64,000 nucleotides of DNA from Candidatus Merdivicinus intestinavium (GTDB taxonomy: Bacteria > Bacillota > Clostridia > Oscillospirales > Ruminococcaceae). The stretch is taken from NCBI GenBank assembly GCA_018713245.1, contig DVFM01000034.1, positions 3,835-67,834 of the forward strand, in the 5' to 3' direction. Shown here piece after piece: positions 54,003 through 61,974 of the stretch (its first letter is position 1; every line of letters starts with the position of its first letter). The position numbers were made by a program, and so were the translations under genes. The notes beneath the pieces were generated by a model, which saw only the letters and a program-made list of their open reading frames with translations, was not told the origin of the DNA and did no database searches.

Positions 54003-55244
54003 ATGTCCACCTGTTATGAATCCGCCAGAGAGCTGTACGCCGCTTTGGGCGTCGATACGGAAAAAGCCATGGAGCAGCTCTCCGGCGTCAAAATCTCCCT
54101 CCACTGCTGGCAGGGCGACGACGTCCTGGGCTTTGAGAACACCGGTTCCCTTTCCGGCGGCATCGCCACCACCGGGAATTATCCCGGGCGCGCCCGCAAT
54201 TTCGACGAACTGACCGCCGACCTGGATGAAGCGCTGAAGCTGATCCCCGGCAGGCATAAAATCAATCTTCACGCCAGCTACTCCGTTGCAGACCGCCCCG
54301 TGGAGCGCAATTCCCTCATCCCCGCGGACTTCAGCGCCTGGGTGGACTACGCGAAGGACCGGGGACTGGGGCTGGATTTCAATCCCACCCTGTTCTCTCA
54401 CCCCATGGCTGAGGACAGCCTCACCCTGTCGAGCCCCGACCCGGCGAAGCGCCGCTACTGGATTGACCACTGCAAATGCTCCCGGAAAATCGCCGAGAGC
54501 TTCGGAAAGGCGCTGGGGCAGCCGGCGCTTGACAACATCTGGATCCCCGACGGCTATAAGGAGGTCCCCGCCGACCGGCTGGGGCCCCGGATGCGGCTGA
54601 AAGAGTCCCTGGACGAAATTTTCTCCGAGAAGCTGGACGGCAGCGTCCTCTATGATTCGGTGGAATCCAAGGTGTTCGGGCTGGGGCTGGAAGCCTACAC
54701 CGTGGGCTCCCACGAATTCTACATGAACTACGCCGCCAAAAACGGCCTGCTCTGCCTTCTGGACAACGGGCACTACCACCCCACCGAGATGGTCTCGGAT
54801 AAAATCCCCGCCATGCTGCTGTTCTCCGAAAAGCTGGCCCTCCATGTCACCCGGCCCATGCGCTGGGACTCCGACCATGTGGTCCGCTTTGACGACGAGG
54901 TGCGGGAAATTGCGGCCGAGATCGTCCGCTGCGGCGCGCTGGACCGGGTGTTCATCGGCCTGGATTACTTTGACGCAAGCCTCAACCGGGTGGCGGCCTG
55001 GGTCATCGGGATGCGCAACATGCAGAAGGCCCTGCTCACCGCGCTGCTCACGCCCCATGCCCGGCTGAAATCTTACCAGGACGAGGGGGATTTCACCTCC
55101 ATGCTGGCGATGCAGGAGGAGCTCAAATTCTACCCCTTCGCCGCCGTCTGGGACGAGTTCTGCGAGCGCCAGGGCGTCCCGGTGCGGGAAAGCTGGCTTG
55201 CCGAAGTGCGGCGGTACGAAAAGGACGTCCTTCTGAAACGCTGA
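54003..55244 (+). CDS. rhaA: L-rhamnose isomerase
   Basis: Start at ATG 54003, preceded by [17 protein letters not shown] block and RhaA length. Confidence 0.9.
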   Translation: MSTCYESARELYAALGVDTEKAMEQLSGVKISLHCWQGDDVLGFENTGSLSGGIATTGNYPGRARNFDELTADLDEALKLIPGRHKINLHASYSVADRPVERNSLIPADFSAWVDYAKDRGLGLDFNPTLFSHPMAEDSLTLSSPDPAKRRYWIDHCKCSRKIAESFGKALGQPALDNIWIPDGYKEVPADRLGPRMRLKESLDEIFSEKLDGSVLYDSVESKVFGLGLEAYTVGSHEFYMNYAAKNGLLCLLDNGHYHPTEMVSDKIPAMLLFSEKLALHVTRPMRWDSDHVVRFDDEVREIAAEIVRCGALDRVFIGLDYFDASLNRVAAWVIGMRNMQKALLTALLTPHARLKSYQDEGDFTSMLAMQEELKFYPFAAVWDEFCERQGVPVRESWLAEVRRYEKDVLLKR

Positions 55245-55335
55245 GCCCGGCACGGGCCGGCAAACCGACGCGGCCGCCCGGCGGCGGCTGCACAATTTTC
55301 CATGAAAAAAGAACCGGAAAGAGGATTTATTCGCT

Positions 55336-56157
55336 ATGGAAATTTTACGGGAACCATTTATGCAGGGCTTTATCCGCCTCACCGACGACGCCTTCCGCAA
55401 GGGCTGGCACGAAAGAAACGGCGGAAACTACTCCTACCGCATCAAGCCTGAGGAGGCGGAGGCGGTCAGGGCCGCGTTTTCCTGCGGCCGGGATTGGCAG
55501 GATATCGGCGTGGAGGTGAAAAACCTCGCCGGGGAATACTTCCTGGTGACCGGCTCCGGGAAATACATGCGCAACGTCATCCTGGACCCGCCCGCCAACA
55601 TCTGCATCGTGGAGGTGGACGAAACCGGCACGAAATTCCGCATCGTATGGGGCCTCACCGAAGGGGGCCGCCCCACCAGCGAGCTTCCCACCCACCTGAT
55701 GAACCATTCCATCAAGAAGGAGCTCACCGGCGGCAGACACCGGGTGATCCTCCACGCCCACACCACCAACGTCATCGCCCTGACCTTTGTCCTGCCCCTG
55801 AAGGACGAGGTGTTTACCCGGGAGCTGTGGGAGATGGCCACCGAGTGCCCCGTGGTGTTCCCCGAGGGCGTGGGCGTCGTTCCCTGGATGGTCCCCGGCG
55901 GGCGGGACATCGCCCTGGCCACTGCGGAGCTGATGAAAAAGTACAACGTCGCCATCTGGGCCCACCACGGCATCTTCTGCTCCGGCGCCGATTTCGACGA
56001 GACCTTCGGGCTGATGGATACGGTGGAGAAATCCGCCGAGATTCTGGTGAAGGTCCTCTCCATGGGAGGCAAGTGCCAGAGCATTACCGCCCAGAATTTC
56101 CGCGACCTGGCGGCAGATTTTCACGTCACCCTGCCGGAGCGCTTTCTTTACGAATAG
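55336..56157 (+). CDS. rhaD: Rhamnulose-1-phosphate aldolase
   Basis: N-terminus FMQGFIRLTDDAFRKGWHERNGGN parallels the E. coli RhaD N-terminus. Class II aldolase His cluster present. Confidence 0.85.
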   Translation: MEILREPFMQGFIRLTDDAFRKGWHERNGGNYSYRIKPEEAEAVRAAFSCGRDWQDIGVEVKNLAGEYFLVTGSGKYMRNVILDPPANICIVEVDETGTKFRIVWGLTEGGRPTSELPTHLMNHSIKKELTGGRHRVILHAHTTNVIALTFVLPLKDEVFTRELWEMATECPVVFPEGVGVVPWMVPGGRDIALATAELMKKYNVAIWAHHGIFCSGADFDETFGLMDTVEKSAEILVKVLSMGGKCQSITAQNFRDLAADFHVTLPERFLYE

Positions 56158-56205
56158 GGATTGTGAATTTTTTGCCAATAGAAAGGAAAAAATCTGAAAA
56201 TCCCC

Positions 56206-56234
56206 TTGAATTTTGGGCAAGAGTGCGGTATAAT
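56206..56234 (+). promoter_or_regulatory. Candidate sigma-A promoter directly upstream of fucO
   Basis: TTGAAT, 17 nt, TATAAT. Confidence 0.6.
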
Positions 56235-56284
56235 CGTTTTAGGTTCTGATTTTAGACCACAACAAAGGAAAGGAATGTTGTCCC

Positions 56285-57433
56285 ATGAACAGAATGATTC
56301 TGAATGAAACTTCCTATTTCGGCGCAGGCTGCATCTCCGCCATCGTTGACGAGGCCAAAGGCCGCGGCTTCAAAAAGGCGCTGGTTGTAACCGACCCCGA
56401 CCTGATTAAATTCGGCGTCTCCACCAAGGTGACCTCCCTGCTGGACAAAAACGGCATGGCTTACGAGGTTTACAGCGATGTGAAGGCCAACCCCACCATT
56501 AAAAACGTGCAGGACGGCGTCGCTGCGTTCAAAGCGGCGGGCGCGGACTACCTCATCGCCATCGGCGGCGGCTCCGCCATGGATACCTCCAAGGGCATCG
56601 GCATCATCATCGCCAACCCCGAGTTTGCGGATGTTGTTTCCCTGGAAGGCGCGGTTGCTACCCCCAATAAGTCCATCCCCATGTTCGCCGTTCCCACCAC
56701 CGCCGGCACCGCTGCGGAAGTTACCATCAACTACGTCATCACCGACGTGGAGAAAAACCGCAAGTTTGTCTGCGTTGACCCCCACGACATCCCCGTGGTT
56801 GCTTTCATCGACGCGGATATGATGTCCTCTATGCCCAAGGGCCTCACCGCCGCCACCGGCATGGACGCCCTGACCCACGCCATCGAAGGCTATATCACCA
56901 AGGGCGCCTGGGAAATGACCGACATGATGCACCTCAAAGCCATTGAGATTATTTCCAGATCTCTCCGGGGCGCCGTTGCGGGCACTCCCGAAGGCCGGGA
57001 AGGCATGGCTCTGGGCCAGTATGTTGCCGGCATGGGCTTCTCCAACGTCGGCCTGGGCATCGTTCACTCCATGGCGCATCCTCTGGGCGCTGTGTATGAC
57101 ACCCCCCACGGCGTTGCCAACGCCATCATCCTCCCCACCGTTATGGAATACAACGCCGACGCTACCGGCGAGAAATACCGCGAGATCGCCCGCGCCATGG
57201 GCGTCGAGGGTGTGGATTCCATGACCCAGGAAGAGTACCGCAAAGCCGCTGTTGACGCGGTGAAGAAGCTCTCCAAAGATGTGGGCATTCCCGAAAACCT
57301 CACTGCTGTCGGCGTGAAGGAAGAGGACATCCCCTTCCTGGCCCAGTCCGCCATGGACGACGCCTGCCGCCCCGGCAACCCCAAGGATCCCACCCTGGAG
57401 GACATCAAAGCCCTTTACAAATCCATGCTGTAA
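56285..57433 (+). CDS. fucO: Lactaldehyde reductase (iron-containing alcohol dehydrogenase, 1,2-propanediol oxidoreductase)
   Basis: MNRMILNETSYFGAG..., GGGSAMDTSK, PTTAGTAAEVT, and a His cluster. Context after rhaBAD. Confidence 0.85.
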   Translation: MNRMILNETSYFGAGCISAIVDEAKGRGFKKALVVTDPDLIKFGVSTKVTSLLDKNGMAYEVYSDVKANPTIKNVQDGVAAFKAAGADYLIAIGGGSAMDTSKGIGIIIANPEFADVVSLEGAVATPNKSIPMFAVPTTAGTAAEVTINYVITDVEKNRKFVCVDPHDIPVVAFIDADMMSSMPKGLTAATGMDALTHAIEGYITKGAWEMTDMMHLKAIEIISRSLRGAVAGTPEGREGMALGQYVAGMGFSNVGLGIVHSMAHPLGAVYDTPHGVANAIILPTVMEYNADATGEKYREIARAMGVEGVDSMTQEEYRKAAVDAVKKLSKDVGIPENLTAVGVKEEDIPFLAQSAMDDACRPGNPKDPTLEDIKALYKSML

Positions 57434-57440
57434 GCATTGG

Positions 57441-57476
57441 CGCAGGCAGTCCCGGCGCAGACACCCCGTCTGTGCC
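57441..57476 (+). terminator. Intrinsic terminator after fucO
   Basis: CCCGGCGCAGAC-acccc-GTCTGTGCCGGG followed by ATTTTT. Confidence 0.7.
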
Positions 57477-57562
57477 GGGATTTTTGCTGCATTCGTTTTC
57501 TCGCAGGCGCCGCGGCGAGCTTTTTTTGAACGAAAACCGGCCTTGCGCCGGGGCGGCGGGTC

Positions 57563-57571
57563 TGGTATGAT
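57563..57571 (+). promoter_or_regulatory. Extended -10 element (TGGTATGAT)
   Basis: TGnTATGAT match about 40 nt upstream of ATG 57613. Confidence 0.35.
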
Positions 57572-57612
57572 AAAGGTAAGCCGTACGGATACAATGCAGA
57601 AAGGGTGATTCG

Positions 57613-58644
57613 ATGCAAACGACACCGCAGAAAATTTTGGATTGGACGATTCAGAAAATCAACCGGGATTATCCCGGCCAAATCTGCCTCCTGGTGGAAA
57701 ACAGCAATCTCCGCATTCCCGGATACCCGGAAAACGGGGTGGACTACTTTATTCCGGAGGATGGGTTCCGGGACACGCTGTCCCGCACCTTTATCATCGG
57801 CGGCGTGGGCTACGATTTGTATCCCCGCTCCTGGGAACGGATGGAAACCATGGTGAATCTGGACGACTACAACACCACCTGCCTGGCGGACGCCCGAATC
57901 GCGTGGGCCCGCTCCGATGCGGACCGGGAACGCTTTGAGGATTTGCAGCGCCGTCTTGCGGAGAACCTGCGCAATGGCGAATTCATGTACCGCAAGGCGC
58001 TGGAAAAGCTGGACGCCGCCCAGCAGCTTTCCCAAAAGCTGTTTCTGGAGGAAAATCTGGGACAGGCGCGGCTGGCGGCAGGATATACGGCGGATTATCT
58101 TGCCCAGGCCGTCGCCTGCCTGAACCATACGTTTTTCCATTACAGCCAGTACCGCCAGCTGGAAGAGCTGGAGCGGATGGAGAAGCCGGCCGGCTTTTCC
58201 GAAACCTATGAAAAAATCCTCTTTGCCAAAACGGCGGAGGAGCTCTGCGGGCTGGCCCGGGAGCTGGTCCGGATGGTCCGGCGCTTTCTCGAGGAACGCC
58301 GCCCGCCCCGGCCGGAAGCGCCTGCGCCCGGCTTTCAGGGGCTGGCCGACTGGTATCAGGAGCTTTGCTACACCTGGCTGCGGATCTACACCTATGCCGG
58401 GGCGGGGGACGCCCGCCGCACATTCGGCGCCGCCGTTTATCTCCAGGAGGAGCTGAACATTGCAGCGGAGGAGCACCGCTTCCCGCCCATGGACCTGCTT
58501 TCCTGCTACGATCCCGAAAATCTTTCCGGGATTTCCTCCCGCGCCCGGGAGCTGGAAGGGGAGGTGCGGCGGATCATCGCGGAGCACGGAGCAAAGCTGG
58601 CCGAATATCGGGACTTTGCGGAGTTCGCGTCCTGCAACCCCTGA
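57613..58644 (+). CDS. Uncharacterised 343-aa protein (alpha/beta N-terminal part plus helical C-terminal part)
   Basis: Good codon usage and composition, unlike the Arg/Gly/Pro-rich antisense ORF 57415-58686. AAAGGGTGA RBS. I recognise no catalytic motif. Confidence 0.7.
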   Translation: MQTTPQKILDWTIQKINRDYPGQICLLVENSNLRIPGYPENGVDYFIPEDGFRDTLSRTFIIGGVGYDLYPRSWERMETMVNLDDYNTTCLADARIAWARSDADRERFEDLQRRLAENLRNGEFMYRKALEKLDAAQQLSQKLFLEENLGQARLAAGYTADYLAQAVACLNHTFFHYSQYRQLEELERMEKPAGFSETYEKILFAKTAEELCGLARELVRMVRRFLEERRPPRPEAPAPGFQGLADWYQELCYTWLRIYTYAGAGDARRTFGAAVYLQEELNIAAEEHRFPPMDLLSCYDPENLSGISSRARELEGEVRRIIAEHGAKLAEYRDFAEFASCNP

Positions 58645-58660
58645 GAGCGGGGTGGATGGG

Positions 58661-58921
58661 ATGAAATATCGGAACGCTTCGGACATTCTGCCCGACCGGC
58701 TGCTGCGGGAGCTCCAGCAATACGCCCCCGGCGAGACCCTCTATATCCCTTCCCCGGAAAAGCGCCGGCCCTGGGGCGAGCGCTCCGGCACCCGCACCTT
58801 TTACGCCCAGCGCAACGGGGACATCCGCCGGAAGTATTTCCAGGGCGCGCGGCTGGAGGAACTGGCGGAGGAATACGCCCTCTCGCCGGAAACCGTCCGG
58901 AAGATCGTGTATAAGAAATAA
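58661..58921 (+). CDS. CD3324-family-like small HTH protein (Mor-like), 86 aa
   Basis: ATG 58661 lies 16 nt after the upstream stop. MKYRNASDILPDRLLRELQQY..GETLYIP....R.WGERSG...RN..I...Y..G....ELAEEY.LS..TVRKIVY matches my recollection of this family. Confidence 0.6.
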   Translation: MKYRNASDILPDRLLRELQQYAPGETLYIPSPEKRRPWGERSGTRTFYAQRNGDIRRKYFQGARLEELAEEYALSPETVRKIVYKK

Positions 58922-58960
58922 AAAAACAGAGCGGAAGCGGGGTGCTTTCGCTCTGTTTCT
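58922..58960. terminator. Bidirectional intrinsic terminator
   Basis: ACAGAGCGGAAGC-ggggt-GCTTTCGCTCTGT, with an A-run before it and a T-rich tract after it. Confidence 0.7.
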
Positions 58961-58972
58961 GCGCGGAGGATT

Positions 58973-60319
58973 TTACTCCCGGGTGACGTTCCGGATCCAC
59001 TTGTCCCCCCGCAGCCGGAAAAAGGCGATGATCCATTTGAAGCACTGGTCGATGCGGGTGCACAGGTAAACCACCGGCAGCGGGAGCTTGAGGACAAATC
59101 CCGCCAGGAAGGTCAGCGGGATCACCACCAGCCACCCGCAGATCATGTCCACCTTCATGACGAATTTTCCGTCGCCTGCGCCGCGGTTGATGCCGGTGAA
59201 GCAGGCGGCGTGGTAGCAGGTCCCCAGGTGGGTGAACGCGCCGATGAGCAGGAAGGTGGAGGCGAGGCTCCGGGTTTCCTCCGTCACATTATAAATATAC
59301 GGCACTGTGAAGCTCATCGCCACCACAACCCCGGCCACCAAGACCCCCAGGCAGGCAAAGAGCAGCTGGATGGTGTTGGAATACTGGCGGGTGCGGGCGT
59401 AGTCCTTCTGGCCCACGCTCTTGCCCACCACCACGCAGGCCCCGTTGGACAGGCCGTTGGTGAAAATCAGCGCCAGGGAAAGGAAGGTGTCGGCGATGGA
59501 ATTGGCGGAAACCATGGTCACGCCCAGCCGTCCGATGAGCATCGCCTTGGCCGTCCCCACCAGGCCCCACTGGGAATCCCCGGCGATGACGGGCAGGGCG
59601 TGGCGGAAAAAGTCCTCCGACATTTCCCGGTCATGGGTAAAGAAGTCCCGCAGCCGGAACCGCACCCGCTTTTCCCGGACAAACAGGTAATACGCCGCGA
59701 CGCAGAGCTCCACCGCCCGCGCAATCACGGTGGCGATGGCAGCGCCCCGGGCGCCCAGGGCCGGGAAGCCGAACTTGCCGAAAATCAGCAGATAGTTGAA
59801 GCAGAAATTGCACACCAGCGAGATGGAGGAGACAATCAGCCCGATGCGGACGATTTCCATCCACCGCAGCATGACCACCATGGTGTTGGATATGGCAAAC
59901 AGCGGGTAGGAGAAGCAGACAATCCGCACGTATTTGGCTCCCTCCCGGATCATGTCCGCATCGCTGGTGAAAATCCGCATGACCTGCTCCGGGAACAGCG
60001 CCGCCAGGGCGCAGACAACCAGCGAGACCACCGCCGCAAACCGCAGGATCACCCCGAAGATGCGCCGGATGCGGACGTAGTCCTGTTTTCCCCAATACTG
60101 GGAGATGAGGACGGCTGCGCCCCCGCCGATGCCGTTGACGATGAAGGTGAACAGGTTGGTGGCCTGGTTCGCCAGGGAGACCGACGCCAGCGTCACATCC
60201 CCCAGGGAGCCCACCATCACATTGTCCAGCATGTTTACCCCCATGGAGATCAGCCCCTGGAAAGCCGCCGGCAGCGCCACAATAAAGAGCGACCGGTAAA
60301 ATTCTTTGTCCTTGACCAT
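58973..60319 (-). CDS. MATE-family efflux transporter
   Basis: Start moved to ATG 60319 (MVKDKEFYRSLF). 12-TM MATE pattern (ALPAAFQGLISMGVNMLDNVMVG). Confidence 0.85.
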   Translation of the reverse strand: MVKDKEFYRSLFIVALPAAFQGLISMGVNMLDNVMVGSLGDVTLASVSLANQATNLFTFIVNGIGGGAAVLISQYWGKQDYVRIRRIFGVILRFAAVVSLVVCALAALFPEQVMRIFTSDADMIREGAKYVRIVCFSYPLFAISNTMVVMLRWMEIVRIGLIVSSISLVCNFCFNYLLIFGKFGFPALGARGAAIATVIARAVELCVAAYYLFVREKRVRFRLRDFFTHDREMSEDFFRHALPVIAGDSQWGLVGTAKAMLIGRLGVTMVSANSIADTFLSLALIFTNGLSNGACVVVGKSVGQKDYARTRQYSNTIQLLFACLGVLVAGVVVAMSFTVPYIYNVTEETRSLASTFLLIGAFTHLGTCYHAACFTGINRGAGDGKFVMKVDMICGWLVVIPLTFLAGFVLKLPLPVVYLCTRIDQCFKWIIAFFRLRGDKWIRNVTRE

Positions 60320-60524
60320 GGAAAAACCGCCTTTCCTCGAAATATGCGCCGAGATTGTTGCTTTCTCCATTATAACACACCGTCTTGTGAAAAACTATCC
60401 TTTCGTCCAAAAACAGTGGAATTCTACAGGATTCCGGTAAAAAAGCAAAGCGGGCGGCACGGCTTTACAAACTGCGCGGATTATGATACACTGAAAGCAG
60501 AAAATGCCGCACGGAAAGGCCGGG

Positions 60525-61469
60525 ATGAGATTGGAAAACCTGATAATCAGCGCCAACGCGGTGCTGCCGCTTATGATCTGCATGGCTGTGGGATATATCG
60601 CCCGGCTGATGAAGTGGGGGGACGATGCGTTTTACATAAAGTGCAACTCCTTCTGCTTCAAGGTATTTATGTCCATGATGATGTTCAACAATATCTACCA
60701 CGCCGATCTGCGGACCGCCTTCCAGCCGAAACTCATCCTTTTTACCGTGGTTTCGGTGCTGGCGGTTGCTTTCGGCTCCTTTTTTGCAGTCCGGCTGCTG
60801 GTTCAGGACGGGAGCCGCCGCGCGGTCCTGACCCAGGGGATTTTCCGCAGCAACTATGTGATTTTCGGGCTGCCGGTTGCCATCAATATTTATGGGGAGG
60901 GGAACGTCGCCACGGCGGCCCTCCTTTCGGCGGTGGCGGTGCCGATGTTCAACGTCCTGGCGGTGTTTGCGCTGGAATACTATTCCGCCAAGAGGACCGG
61001 CATTCTGTCGGTGCTCAAGGGCGTGGCGACGAACCCCCTGATTCTCGGGGCCGCTGCGGCGGTGGTTTTCAAGCTCCTTTCCATCCCGCTGCCCTATGCG
61101 CTGGATGAGGCGGTGGCGGACCTGGGAAATGTGGCGACTCCGCTGTCGCTGGTGCTCCTGGGGGCCACCTTCCGCTTCGGCGAGGTGAGGAAGAATCTCC
61201 GCTATCTCGCCATCGGGCTTTTGGGAAGAATTGTGGTGGTGCCGGCTGTTATGATCCCCATTGCGGTGCTGCTGGGCTTCCGCGGCATCTCTCTGCTCTC
61301 CCTCACCATCCTGTTTGCCTCCCCGACGGCGGTTTCTTCCTTTACAATGGCGCAGGCGGCGGGGCATGACGGCGAGCTTGCCGCCCAGCAGGTGGTTTTT
61401 TCCAGCATCCTGTCCCTCTTCAGCGTGTTCCTCTGGATTTTTGCCCTGAAATCCCTGGCGCTGATCTGA
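60525..61469 (+). CDS. AEC (auxin efflux carrier) family transporter
   Basis: Start at ATG 60525 (MRLENLII). About 10 TM helices in a typical AEC two-half architecture. Confidence 0.8.
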   Translation: MRLENLIISANAVLPLMICMAVGYIARLMKWGDDAFYIKCNSFCFKVFMSMMMFNNIYHADLRTAFQPKLILFTVVSVLAVAFGSFFAVRLLVQDGSRRAVLTQGIFRSNYVIFGLPVAINIYGEGNVATAALLSAVAVPMFNVLAVFALEYYSAKRTGILSVLKGVATNPLILGAAAAVVFKLLSIPLPYALDEAVADLGNVATPLSLVLLGATFRFGEVRKNLRYLAIGLLGRIVVVPAVMIPIAVLLGFRGISLLSLTILFASPTAVSSFTMAQAAGHDGELAAQQVVFSSILSLFSVFLWIFALKSLALI

Positions 61470-61913
61470 GGAAAGGCGGCTTTTTGCAGGAAGCGCCCGG
61501 TTTAGCTTCATTTTGGAACGGAAAAACGCCGGTTTCGTTTTTGTGAAAAACGTGGAAAATCGCGAACCCTGTCGGATTTGTGAAAAAATCCGCCTGATTT
61601 CTGTTTGAAAAGGAAAATTGACGCGGCTGGCGGCTGAATCGGCGGTCAATATTGAATATTTGAGTAAAATAAAGAATAAACGCGAGTAATATTCATGAAA
61701 ATGCCATAAAACATGCAAGAGTTTTGCGCTGTAAAGCAGTATCGGTGCAAATAGGCAGTTTACAAAAGCAGAAAAGAATGTTAATTTTTGAAAACGAAAT
61801 AATAAACAAATGAAAGCGCCTTCAACTGTATAAAATATTCTAAACTTTTTTGAATCATTGATTTTTTGCACAAAACGCTGGGATGTAAGTAGAACTAACT
61901 GCCGAAGAAGATG

Positions 61914-61942
61914 TTGCAATTTTTACTTGTTTCGTGTATAAT
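61914..61942 (+). promoter_or_regulatory. Candidate sigma-A promoter of the substrate-binding protein gene
   Basis: TTGCAA, 17 nt, TATAAT, 32 nt upstream of ATG 61975. Confidence 0.55.
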
Positions 61943-61974
61943 AAGTAAAACACTTGCAAGGAGGATTTTACAAG

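Noticed and set aside
53682-55400. 572-aa minus-strand ORF
   Set aside because: Antisense to rhaB, rhaA and rhaD.
57415-58686. 423-aa minus-strand ORF opposite the unknown 343-aa gene
   Set aside because: Because the plus-strand gene has no known family, I compared the two. The minus ORF is Arg/Gly/Pro/Ala-rich and lacks an RBS. The plus ORF has balanced composition, an RBS, a promoter and a downstream partner gene.
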